Assembly: GCA_013265495.1 (NCBI GenBank)
Contig: MU058584.1
Coordinates: 8,088,407-8,138,737, forward strand
Origin: Vicugna vicugna
Lineage: Eukaryota
DNA length: 50,331 bases
Reading direction: 5' to 3'
Part shown: piece by piece, positions 38,620 to 50,331 of the stretch
How positions within the stretch are numbered: the first letter of the stretch is position 1
How the letters are laid out: each line of letters opens with the position of its first letter
The notes under the pieces: model-generated
The model's input: the letters and a program-made list of their open reading frames with translations, nothing else
Told to the model about the DNA's origin: nothing
Database searches by the model: none
Made by a program: the position numbers and the translations under genes

Positions 38620-39800
38620 AATTAATTAATTGTAATTTATTTTCTTCTACAAGTGGAATTTTTATATCAGAGGTGAGGTAATAATCTAGTTTTATTTGGT
38701 TTTTTGTTCCTCTGAAGGGCTAGCTAAGTGGCCCAACAAATCATTTATTGCATAATCCAGCTTTCTCTATGGACTCAAGTACCGTCTTTATTTTGTGATT
38801 TCCCATGTGGATTTGAATATGTCTCTCAATTCTCTTCGCTAGTCCATAGATCTTTCTATCTCTACCAACATCAATAGTTTCCATCATTCTGGCTTAAATT
38901 CAGTCTTTTATGCCTTTATCCAACAAATTTATTGAGTGCCTACTGTGCAACTGACATTCTTTTTTTGTGTGTTGAAAAGACAGCAATGACCATTTTAATC
39001 CCTTGTAGTATTTCTCATCTCTCCTTACTTTTGTGGATCAGAATTCATTTTGTGGGTCACTTCTTTTGTTTATTAATTTTCATATAAATTTTAGAATCAA
39101 TTTGCCATGTTAAAGAAAATCCTCCTGAGATATTTTTTGGGATTGCTTTAAATTTCTACCTTAATTTAGGAGGAATTGGTATCATTTAAATATTACATAT
39201 TATTGTTCGATTCAAGACTTCTTATATGTTTCTGAATAGAATTTCAAGCTTTATTTAGATAGGTCCTGCATCATATATTTTATTAAGTTTGTTCCTAGGT
39301 ATTTACCTGTTTTGTTTTTATCGTAGGTGGTATCTTTTTCCCATTATATTTTGTCATTTATTTTTGTATTGAAAAACTACTGATTGTTGTAAATTATCTT
39401 ACCCGTCACTGTGCTGGTTTCCCTTGAGTAATACTTTTAATCAATCTATATTTTTGTAGGTATACATATTTATCTCCTATTTACAAAAAAAAAAAAAACC
39501 CTGTAGTTTCACCTCTTCTGTTACGATTTTTTTTTTCTTTTGTCTAATTCAGGAGATAGTAATTCTAGAATAAGCTTGGGTAGTGATGTCGATAATGGTT
39601 CTTTTTATTTAGTTTCTGATTATAATGGGAATACTTTTAGTGCCTCACCATGATGGTGGGTATAGATTTGAGCTGTAAAGCTTTTTTCTTTTTTCACACG
39701 AGGAACTAATCCATCAATTTTTATTTTGAATTTGATTATACCATGAAGTTTATTTAATTATTTCTTTTGGCTATGAGTACAATGGATTATATTCATAGTT
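38620..39800 (-). mobile_element. Very old L1ME-like ORF2 fragments
   Basis: 'ttcatataaattttagaatcaatttg..ttttgggattgctttaaattt..aatttaggaggaattgg'. Confidence 0.7.
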
Positions 39801-42244
39801 TTGTTTTTTGTGGGGTTTTTTTTTGTATAAAACACGTTGTCCCCTTTCCACCATATTTTAGTTTAAATCATCAGACAGGAAAATTATGTAGGTGATTGCC
39901 ACTAATTCTATTTTGGGTTTTTAAAAAACTGAGTCTGAAATGTTGGCCAAAGAATCTAATATCTCTCACTCTTCCTATTTCCTTTGTTTAAATGAGAAAA
40001 AAAAAGTTGTGTGTGTGTGTGTGTTTTAAAGTAGCAGTAAAATAAAAAAGTGAGAGTCACTATAGAAGATGTACCATTTCATAAACTTGCCAGTTTAAAA
40101 TATCCTATCAGGAAGTTTTCCACAGGACATCTGGCCCAGATTCGCCTCCCTTGTAACTGAGACCCAATAGCTGAGCACAGGTGTTTCAAACGTGCATTTG
40201 CCCTCCTTGAGCTTATATCAAAAATAAACTTGGTTTGAATGATTATTCAATAAGTATTAAACAGACCAGCTGACTCTGGCCTTAAACCAAGTCACTATAG
40301 GTCTCACTTACTAAGAATTATTCTCCAGCTCCTAACACCTTGAAAATGTCATGGAGCTTTACTGAGGTTTTGACAGCAGTAGCAGAGAGCTTCTGTAGGA
40401 CGTTACACGGCAAACTCCCAATAATACTCTTTGGTCATGTCATTCTATCTCCCAAGTTTCACCCATGGTGATTATTAAGAATCAGTCCTTCTCCCCAAAT
40501 CCCCTTCTGTCCAGTGTCTGTGAGAGGGTACTGTTTTCCACATGGTTCCTCCTTGCTAGTCTGACCCAGCAGCCCCTTCAATCTCCCTGAAGAAAAGCCT
40601 GTTTCAGGAAAAGTGAAATTTCCCATTATCATCAGAAAAGGCCGAGTTTCTCAAGAGGGGTAGTTCCTTCCATAATTCTAGCAAATAAAGCCTTTCCTCA
40701 CTTTAAAATTATATTGCTGCTCTCACAGACACACTTCTCAGGGCTTAATGATGAAACAGGGATGAATTTCGACCTCTTAGCTGAGAGTTACCAAAGAGAA
40801 AGAAATATTGTGAACCATTAGAAGAAGGAGGAATTTCATACAAGTGCCCACTCAGGCTCCTTCCTTCCTGGGAGCACCAGAAAGATTTCAGAGGTGATAT
40901 TTTGATGAATTATTTGTATGAAAATTACCCTGATCACATAAAAGCATTCCTTCTATAGGCTGCTCACTGAGGCAAAGATGTAACTTTGGAACATAGCATT
41001 CTACTTTGTTTTTCAGTACATTGATGAATCTCTTGCAAATCAGTGCTATGTTTATGCAAATAAATATATGATTGTCCTAACATTCATACACAGCCTATTT
41101 GGAAATTTCTAGTGGAATCCTCTGAATTTTAAATGTAAAGATGTCATTTGTGAGATTATTTGAATCCTTGGGCACTTAATTAAGTGACTTATTTTCCTTG
41201 AAGTTAATAATTGAAGATAGTAGAAGTTGCAAAGAGATCCAACTTGGATTTTTTGGATCCTATCATATCCAAAGAAGACCAGAAAAAGAAAAGGAGTATT
41301 TTTCTACCAGTATTTCTTCAGAGGAGGGTTTTTCTACTGCAGAGAAGAAAGGATAACTAGGCTGGAAAAATATGGGTTAGTGAGGAGTTGGGCTGGGGGA
41401 GGTAAGTTTAGTTGAATAGAGGAGCTTAGCTCTTACTTGCCCACTTTAGAGAAGCAATTTCCTTTCTCACTGGAGTTTGGTTTCTAAGGAACAAAGCTCC
41501 CTAAGCAAGTAGCTCTCTCATCCCTTCCCTGTGAGAATGACTTCATTATAGGAAAGGCCTTCCACTATGTCATGCTGCGGTTATCAGTCAAAGCAATGAC
41601 CAGAAATGGTTTATTACTGCAAGACGAAAAGTGTGATATTAAGAAGTGAAGTGGGGGACCTCTGAGTGCAAACTTGGCTGTTCTCCCAGACATTTTGTTT
41701 ATTCCCCATATGGGGAGCATCTATTTTTGTACCTCCAGGGAGGAAGTGAGAATCAGGTTTTACTCGAAATATTGCTGTTGTACCATTAGCCAGTTAAAAA
41801 ATAGAATCATGGGAATTGAAAGGACTGCCAGGGTTTTTTTTTTCCTGACATCCTCCTATTTCACAGTAGCCTTCCCCCAAATGTAGCCTGTTTGCCAAGA
41901 CTCTGCGAGAAGAGACATCCCATGGTCCATTCTAAGAGTTCAGCATCGTCTAGGTCAGGGAACCACTTCCCAGCCAGTCCAGGTGCATTCAGTCCAAGTC
42001 TACATTTTTTTCTACCTCAATGTGAGAGCTTACGAAATGATTTTAAATCATAAAATCTCAGTACAAGAAGGGGCCTTCAGATGTCATACAGTTCAGTGAC
42101 TCCCAACCAGAGTTATACTCCAAGCTAATAAAACAATGATTTTCTCACGTTGGCCCTAAGCATATAGGAGAAGAAAGGTTTGGTGGGAAAGGACAAGAGA
42201 TGATAAAAATTCACGAAGTGGTCAGAAAATAGACCCCTTTGAAG

Positions 42245-42430
42245 CAGTGGTTCATGTAAACCAGGTTGAATTCTGGTGCCTGGAGAGCTGCACATCAGAT
42301 CACTTGGGCACTTGGGCAGCTTGTGAAAACTCCAGGTTGCTAGAGTCCCCCTTTCCTGCCCTAGACCTTAATTCCCTAGGTCTGTATTGCTAAAGTGCTC
42401 CCCTGATTTCAGACTCCTGTGCTAAACCAA
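42245..42430. mobile_element. MER5A-like hAT-Charlie fragment
   Basis: 'cagtggttc', 'gctgcacatcagatcacttggg', 'ctcccctgatttc'. Confidence 0.55.
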
Positions 42431-42454
42431 CCTCCAGCCCAGCCAGCATAGGAA

Positions 42455-42750
42455 TCCTGCTTGTGTATCTAGCCCAGCTCTGCTTAAATGTCTATAATCA
42501 TGGGGAGGCTGAGGAGAGGGGGAGGTGGGGGAGGATGTTCATTACCTAATGAAGCAAACAATCTCTTTTTCAAGCAGTTTTATTTATTACAAAATTCTTC
42601 CACATCTAAATTAAAATCGACCTCTCCTTGTCTCTTATTCATTGGTTTCAGTTCTACATTATAGAATAGACAGCAAATGAGTTAAATCTCCAACAGATTA
42701 ACTTTTTAAATGTTTGTTGACCAGATGTCATGTTTCCTCTGTTTCCTTTT
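42455..42750 (-). mobile_element. L3/CR1-like fragment
   Basis: 'ccagctctgcttaaat', 'aaattcttccacatctaaattaaaatc', 'cattggtttcagttcta'. Confidence 0.5.
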
Positions 42751-44149
42751 TAAAAGAAACAGAATAAAACAAACCATGATTCTCTGAAATCCAGAAGGGC
42801 TTGGATCCCTCAACCAGGACTTTTCAGCCCAGAATCTTGACCCGTGCCCCAAATATGAGCCAACTCATAGCTCATTTTGAATGAAAACTTCCTTACTCCT
42901 TATTCCTCACTTTGCAGAATGACTTTGTTAAAAGACTTCCCTGTCCCACTCTTACTGTGTAATAAAGATCTTCTGGGAAGCCTCAGATGGCATGTCCCAT
43001 GCTCTTCTGTGCTATAGTTCACTGCTTGTTAAACCTTCTGTGTCAAATCAGGAGTGAACTTCCCCTGAGAGGTTTTGTGGCTGTTATTGGTGCAAAATCC
43101 ACATTGCCGCTGCTCAGCCTGTGAGAGAAACCCAGGCAGAATCTAAGGAAGAATAAAGTCACTGCTTAGGGTGAGAACTGGAGAAGGTGGAAGACATAGT
43201 TACACACTTGACAAAGACGTAATCATTTCACAGTTCCTAAATCTGCCATTTGCTTTTTGCTGTTACTGGTTGTCTTCACAAATATCTAATTTACTTAGTG
43301 ATCACTAAGCCAGGCTTAAAAATGGGGGAAAAAAAAAAAAGGAGAACCCAACTGAAATAAGAGGCAGCTAATTGAGTGCTATTATTTTAAAGTCATCTTT
43401 GGAGGTCATGTATTTATTTTTAAGAAGATACTGTTTCTGAGAGCATATTAGGAGCATTTTGGGGGCGGGGGATGGCCTTCAGACAAAGCTTATAAATAAT
43501 AAATGAATGTTTATCTTACGTTTTCATAGCTGAAACTTTGTTTTGGACTAAAAAAGTCTTGTCTAGACTATTCACTCACTTTGTTGATCAATTTGAGTTC
43601 CAGATGACTTTTTAGCTGCTTTCAGTAATTACCTTCATAGACCAAAGATTTGCCACCTTTGGAGATACTCAAAACAATATTTCACAAGTTTGGACCAGCT
43701 TAGTCTCCCCCTAACTCCTTGCCTTGTCTCCTCAAGCTTTTCCCCTGTGCTCCGTGGTACAACACACTGTCTGCCTTGGCATGTGGATTTGCTTTACTTG
43801 AAATCTTCATTTCCATTCTCTTACCCACCTGACGTTACTGATCTTTCAGGTCCCAGCCTGCCACTTCTCAAGGAAAGCATTTGCCATATGACCCCAGCTT
43901 TCATTATTGAACTTTTGTCTCAGGTTATCTTCTGAAAACATTTGTGTCACTCCAACTTCCTGTAGATCTCTAGCTTCACTGCTTTGGGTCTGAGTGGATG
44001 TTGGAGCCTCAGGAGGTCCTTGTTCCTGTAGAACCCACTGGGACCTGAGCTGAATCACAAATCCAGCAGGTGTAGATTTTACCCAGGAATAAATTGCACA
44101 TCATTGTTTTCTATCAGTTTTCTTCCTTTTCCTCTCCCCTTCGCTTATC

Positions 44150-44455
44150 TCATGCTCCTTTCTCATCTCAGTATGAATATCACCTCCTTAAAGACAGTGA
44201 CTCCCCACAGTGGGTGAGGTCACCCACACTACCATATGTCACCATAGTACCTATGTTAATTCTATCCCAATAGCTACCAGTAGCATGGAAGTTACCTAAG
44301 TAGCTGTCTGGTGGTTTGTTGTTACATTATAGATTAGCTCCTTGTGGACATGAACTGTGTCTTATTGACCTGAGAACCCCAGTTAGATATCTGGTCATTG
44401 CTTGGTCAAAGATTGCTAAAGAAATAATTAGATGGTTGTATAGACAGATGAATGG
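44150..44455 (+). mobile_element. L2 3' end
   Basis: 'tctcagtatgaatatcacctcctt', 'tagattagctccttgtggacatgaactgtgtctt'. Confidence 0.65.
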
Positions 44456-44631
44456 AGTGGCCTAAAGAGAAGCTTGAAGAATTCTGGATGAACAGAATTT
44501 GCCTTGCCCTTTCACCTTTTGAGTGGTTTCTTAGCTTTTTCTAAGAACAGTTTTTTCTCAAAATAGCTTTTCCTCATTAGAGGTCTCCAGCCCTGCTGTG
44601 AAGTGATGTTCATTGCGTTCCTTTGCATCTA

Positions 44632-44744
44632 TCTTTCTCTCCTTTTCTTTTCTTTTGTTTTCTTTTCTCTTTCTTTTTCTTTTCCTTCCTTTCTTTTTCC
44701 CTCCCTCCCTCCCTTCCTTCCTTCCTTTTCTTTCCTTCCTCCCC
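44632..44744. repeat. Polypyrimidine low-complexity tract (CTTTT/CCTT/CCCT units)
   Basis: ~110 nt almost purely C/T. Confidence 0.95.
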
Positions 44745-46349
44745 GCCTGCTGGGAAACTCCAGAGAAAGCAAGTCCCCAAGCTGCTCTGGGAAAGAAAGA
44801 AGCATCAATGATGCATTTAGTTTCTCTCCCTAGAGACTGAACGTTGTCCTATTTTCTAGTTGGTAGGTAGATTGGGAAATTTTAAAACCTTATTCAAACC
44901 TTATCTTGGAGTTCCTAGCCTTAAAGAAATGTTACGAAGTTTCCTATCACCTGGAAAATCTAGTTTGCTGAAAGTAGCATCACACTCCTGTGATGGAGAT
45001 TGATATGCAACATTCCTTCCACGCCTGCATTGCCTAAAAATTCCAAACTACATTAAAAAATCTGATATTTTCTCGCTGACAGATGTTCTCCCATTAGCCA
45101 TGTTCTTCCCAGGGAGTTGGATTCTTCTTTCATGAGTAAAACATTCTTTTAATTATGTTCTTCAGTGAGTCATTGGGACCCGGTTCAGTTTAGAGGACCG
45201 GCAGAGAACTGAAGTTGAACGTGTGGTTCTAAATACATGGATTTACATTTTATCTTGTGACTAAATGGGCTCCAGGCACATTCCAGCAAAAGGCACTTCC
45301 GCATTCTATTATGGGCAACTTTCCACAACCTCCACCCAGAAAAATGAAATGAATCTTGGGTCTTTCCTTCTTGTTCATACCTTTCATACCTGGTGTCTCT
45401 CTTCCCAAATAACTTCCACATAATGTTTTCTCATATTTAAATGACAGTGCATGGTAAATTACAGTTGAAAATTAATTCAAGAGAAGGACCACATACAAGC
45501 TTAAAAAATGACATATAGAGAGAGATTATGATTATGAGGTAATCAGTAATTTCTTGGTGACTTCTGGGGGTCAGTCTCATTACTTCACAGTCTCACCTCA
45601 ATTAGTCTCATTAGTTAATTCAGGAAACAATTAGCCCTTAACATACATTTCCAGTTTTACCTCCTAATTCTCCTTTGGAGGCTAGGCAACACAGTAGACT
45701 CAAAAGAATACAGAAAAATGAAGTGCCCTAAAGCACTCTGTTATATGATTGTGTTGCACCCTGTACTTTGGTTTTATAGTCATTGGCACAATTGGCTCTT
45801 GTTTTGTTTTTTGTTTGTTTGTTTGTTTTTTGATTATTTACTTTAAATGTCTTTAATCTGTAAAGTCCAAGAGAACAGAGGCCATGTTTGTTTACCCAGA
45901 ATCTAGAACAGTGCCCCATATATTGTACACACCCAAAAGTAATTGATAAACGAATAAAACCAATTATTGGTTAACATCTACTTGATGGAAAGCAAGCCCA
46001 AAGAGTTCCTTTTAATCTCTACAGTTGTCCCATGGCAGGATTAAAAGGAAGCAAACAGAGCTCTGCACACTTCTGTCGAGACCCTCCACAGTCTCCCCAG
46101 CTCTGTGCTCAACACTTTACTTGACCTCACCACTACACACCACCTGAGGACTATATGCAGGAAGGCACTATGGTCAAAACTGAGTGTCTGCCTTCACCTA
46201 AGAGCCATTAGGTCTCACCTACCCTAAAGTTATCCCACTTCTCCTCTTTTCGCACTACTACATACCCCTGTTTGGACTCCATCTCCAATCTCTTCTCAGT
46301 CAGATCTGCCAAATCCTTCTTATGGTCTGTGTGCATACAGTTAAGCCTC

Positions 46350-47890
46350 AGCAAAGTGTCCTATATATCTAACTTTCCCCCCCATTACTTTCTTCATTAG
46401 CTTCTTCTAACTGAAATCTAGGTCTCCTTTAAAGATGCTGCTTCTCCCATATCCCTTCCAGGTGAAGGCAGTTTTTTCTTATAACCTTTGAACTGGTGGT
46501 GAGTACTTGATTCTCAGTGCTTCTTCCAAATATCATTAACTACCCCCTTTAAACAATTCTCTGAAAACACCTGCCATTAGATTCTATGCACATCACTCAT
46601 CTATCTCCTAAACTCTGGGTCTCTCTCTTTTTTTCAATAAAAATTTTACCTTCTAGCTTACCATGTTTTTCCCCACCCACTACACTTGTCAGAATTTTTG
46701 ATGCCTCATATCCACAGAGATGACCCATCCTGTTCTTGATCCCTCAGTTCCTCAATCTCATTTCCAGGGCTCTTGATCTCCACCTCACCTCACCCCAGTC
46801 ATTTATTCCTATTACAAACAAGACAACAAGCCCAAATAGAGTCACTTATGATAAGCCCCATGTCACCAGACTGAGAGATCTCCCAGAAATGGAATCTGAC
46901 ACCAGTCAATTAGGAATCACCTGATCAGCACAAGTGAGCACTAGTGCCTGACAGACCCCTGCCATCCTATAAAGGAAAGTGACCTACCACAGCCAGTCCA
47001 CTTTTTGCTAGTGTAACTTCCTTATTCCGCCTCTGCTCCCTTCTGACTACAAAAATTTTTCATTTTATTCAGCTCCTTGGAGCTCCTTTCTGTCTACTTG
47101 ACTGGATGCTTCCCAGCACATGGATCATTGAATCAAGCCAATAAACTCTTTAAAATAAATTACTCATTTGAATTTTGTTTTTTAATACTCCTACACATAT
47201 ACCCTGGACCATATAATTTGCAAGAACTGAACCTCCCTCAAAACTCTGATCACCACTCTTATGCCTCCAGTTTAGTTCCTCTAGTAACCCTCCTCCACTC
47301 CCCGGGGCTCCTTCTCCCATCACTCTCTTGTCTTTTCACCGCCTGTTATTTCCCCCAAAGCCTGTCTTCCCTCCTTAGCCAGCTGAGTCTGTTGGTTTAT
47401 TTTCATAATTACTCCCTCAGATATACTTTCAATTCCCGTGCCCCTTTGGATGCTCATTATATCCACCTGATTAAATCCAGTTCTTCACCCATTTTTGTTT
47501 GCACTTGAGCATCTGAATAAGGCTGTTAAAAATATACAGCTAGTCTGATACATTTGAAATCGATGAGCACTGACCTCAAATGACATCCTCACACTGCACT
47601 TACTAGCAAGTCCTTCTCCTGCTGTCTGGGAGCTGTAGTTCTCACCTTTTCCTCTCTCTTCAAACCTCCAACAAATGTACTCTTTCGCCCTCTCAGCTGA
47701 TTACAGAGATGAATGTTTCACTGCAGAAATAAAAGCGATGAGAAAAGGTCCTCATCCCTCCCCACCAAACCTCTAACCTCCCTGCGCCTATACCCACAGC
47801 TTCTGCCTCCTTCCTTGTTGAAATGGATACATTTTCTGTCCCTCTATGCAAGAGCAGACCCCGGCCTGTGCCCTGGATCCTTTCTGTTTC
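46350..47890 (+). mobile_element. Degenerate L2 body interrupted by an LTR
   Basis: 'ctaactgaaatctaggtctcc', 'ctctgatcaccactc', 'ctctctcttcaaacctccaac', 'tttcactgcagaaataaaagc'. Confidence 0.65.
46810..47187 (+). mobile_element. ERV1-class solo LTR (MER34-like)
   Basis: 378 bp with decayed termini tatta...ttaata, TATA-like cctataaagg at ~46966, aataaa at ~47140, and 4-bp TSD-like ttcc/ctcc. Confidence 0.7.
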
Positions 47891-48294
47891 ATTCGCACTG
47901 TGTCAGACTAATTGATGCTTTGATAACTAAAGAGGGAACAACCTTCATTGTGAGACCAAGACATCAAATCCTAAAGGTTTTAGCAAAGAATTCCAAGAGA
48001 AAATCCTCCATGGAGGTGAGGGTAGTTCTTTAAGCAGAGCTGACTCTGACAGCTTAAGTTTCATTTCCCCCTTGAGATTTTGTCATGTTTATTCTTGGAG
48101 CCACAACCTTATCCTGTACTCAAAGATACACTGTTCCCCTAAGACTTTGATCCATGTGTTGTCACAAACCGACATTATTTTTGATCTTTTCTTTAGCATA
48201 ATTGAGGCAGACTGGATTTTCCCAAAGGTACTATACTAGAAACTAAATAAAAATACCTTAATATTTTGGGGCCCAACTTATGTATAGAAAATAA

Positions 48295-48970
48295 GCATTT
48301 GTTTATTTGTTTATTCATTAGATCCTCAGCTATCTATTAAGTATCTCCTATTTTACTTGGTACTGAGGGTAAAGTCAGGGATTTTAGCATATGGTTTGTG
48401 TTCATAGATGGCTTAGAATCTAGGAGAGAAGACAACAAAAAGAAACAAATAGTTGGATAGAATGAAAATTAGTTGCATTGGTGGGACAGACTTGGGAGTG
48501 ATTTTTTTCCTGCTTGAAAGAAGTTGGAAAGATGCATAGAGGGGAAGCTACTTGAGTTTGGGGAATGTAAGCAGTTGAGTGTAGCTGGACTATTGATGCA
48601 AGGGAGAAGAGAGAGGAAGAAGAGACTAGGAAGGCAGACAGGCATCCAGTCCTGGAGGATGTTAAATATTATACTAGGGACTTTGTCCTGCATACAGTAA
48701 GGAGATGTTGACTTTTTAAGCATTCAAGTATACATGTTAGACAGTTTTCTCTGTCAGGGAGACTATGTAGGAAGTCCAAGAGAGGGAGAAGTTGAGGACC
48801 TAAATTTAAGCAATGAGATGGGAAGTGGAAATGGGGATCTCTTTAAGTAGGTGTTGAGAAGGATGAGGCATTAGGTCTTATGAACCGATTAGGTGGAGTA
48901 ATGGGATGGAGTCAAGGACGGATGACTTGTTTCTAATTTGGATGTCCAGATGGTTGACGACAGAAAACAA
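48295..48970 (-). mobile_element. L2 fragments
   Basis: 'catttgtttatttgtttattcatt..tctattaagtatctccta', 'tgaggacctaaatttaagcaatg', 'ggagtcaagga'. Confidence 0.7.
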
Positions 48971-49749
48971 TATTGAAGGGAATGAATAATTTCCAGTGGG
49001 AAATGTTTTGACTACATCCTTTTTGAGATTAACATTAGAAGTTAATGTTTGCTTAGAAAATAATCTTTTATGACCTCTTCAAACTTAATTAATGATTGAT
49101 ACCACCTAAAATCCATTGGGTGTGTTATGCTATTACAATTTTTTAAAACTAAACAAAATTATTTGCAGGATAACAAATCCATCCCCATGACACCTCAGCA
49201 CTTAGTGAAAATATCTGAAGAATCTTTCTAGAGCTCACATCCAAACAAATATGCTTTGAACAATTCTATTTCCATCCATCAGAGTTTTCTTTTCCATCAG
49301 TGTTAGCCTAACAATATTGATCATTTAACTTATTACTCCAGTAAAGACACCATAGCCAGGTTTATGAAAACATGGTGAAATGAGACATGCCAAAAAGAGT
49401 CAGTCTTTCTGAATTACCACTTAGACACTTCTGTGATCTCAGGATGATTGTTTCCAATGGAGAAAGTCAGACCCTCCAAAAGATTTTAGCTGTGTCTACC
49501 ATGATGGTATAGATTGAGCCCATATAATTGGTCCTGTGACTATTGATTTTGAATCACATAACTTGAATCTGATTAACAAGTTCATGTTATCTTTCTACCC
49601 ATCAATACCATCATAATAATACCTTTATTAGGGAGGTAGAAGGTAATACATAACGATAAACTCCCCTAGGAATTGGTTAGAGGCATGGATAAAAATGAGA
49701 AAATGAGACAGTTATGAAGTTCTTTGAGACTTAGAGATGGTGAAACTAG

Positions 49750-49931
49750 AATAATAATGTTAATAATAGTGCTTACTCTATTCCAGGCAATACTCAACAC
49801 TGTGCCTCTGTGATCTCATTTAATTCTCAGTAGGATCCCATGAGTTAAGCATTGTAACATCAGCTTTATACACAAAGCTACTGGCTTTAGAGAGGTTGAG
49901 TAACACATTCTAAAAAGCAGAGCTGGGATTT
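49750..49931 (-). mobile_element. MIR SINE, cut off at the L1 junction
   Basis: 'tgatctcatttaattctcagtaggatcccatgag..agagaggttgagtaac..gcagagctgggattt'. Confidence 0.8.
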
Positions 49932-50131
49932 CAAAATTGTAGAATAGATAAACAAGATTACACTGTATAGCACAGGGAAATATATACAAAATGTTATGAT
50001 AACTCACAGAGAAAAAAATGTGACAATGAGTGTGTATATGTCCATGAATGACTGAAAAATTGTGCTGAACACTGGAATTTGACACAACATTGTAAAATGA
50101 TTATAAATCAATAAAAAAATGTTAAAAAAAA
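49923..50131 (+). mobile_element. Young L1 3' tail (~210 bp), no visible TSD
   Basis: Closely matches 18146-18353; ends 'aataaaaaaatgttaaaaaaaa'. Confidence 0.96.
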
Positions 50132-50331
50132 TGCCTTACAGTAAACATGGAATTAGTTCTTTTCTTAACCTGTCAAATTAGTGACTGAAATAGGGCACTC
50201 TTCGTATTTTCATTACTTTAAATATATTCGGGTTCCTCAGAACGTTTTGGAGGACTTGCTTCTAGTATTTCCTTACACAGAGTCTCAGTTCCTAGCATCC
50301 TCTCCAATTTATGTGAATATTAGGGTCCATG

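Noticed and set aside
42501..42535. G-rich run, possible G-quadruplex
   Set aside because: It has only three runs of three or more G and lies within a repeat remnant.
44603..44840. Phe/Ser/Leu-rich ORFs resembling membrane peptides
   Set aside because: They are translations of a pyrimidine simple repeat.

Overview
AT-rich, CpG-poor placental-mammal genomic DNA with no CpG island and no recognisable protein-coding exon. The only ORFs I recognise are LINE-1 ORF2 remnants. Roughly half the window is interspersed repeat: old L1M, L2, MIR, L3/CR1, MLT1/LTR16/ERV1 solo LTRs, hAT-type DNA transposons, and four copies of one young L1 3' end. I saw no Alu, B1/B2, Bov-A/tA, PRE-1 or Can-SINE. The young L1 tail looks camelid from memory; I could not search to confirm this. 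Most L1s lie on the - strand, which suggests a long intron of a + strand gene that I cannot identify. The most notable structure is a ~150-bp composite insertion at 16427-16570. It consists of a 92/94-identical inverted copy of 16858-16951 fused through AAG microhomology to a 49/53 direct copy of 18781-18833. The inverted arm is complementary to the branch region, pyrimidine tract, 3' splice site and first 27 nt of a candidate 100-nt + strand exon (16925-17024). Also notable are a pre-miRNA-sized hairpin (36232-36295), a perfect 33-bp duplication abutting a hairpin, an L1 joined to a MIR by microhomology with no target-site duplication (TSD), and a candidate 18-nt microexon. Repeat family names and boundaries were assigned by eye and are approximate. 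I found no evidence for a novel protein-coding system.
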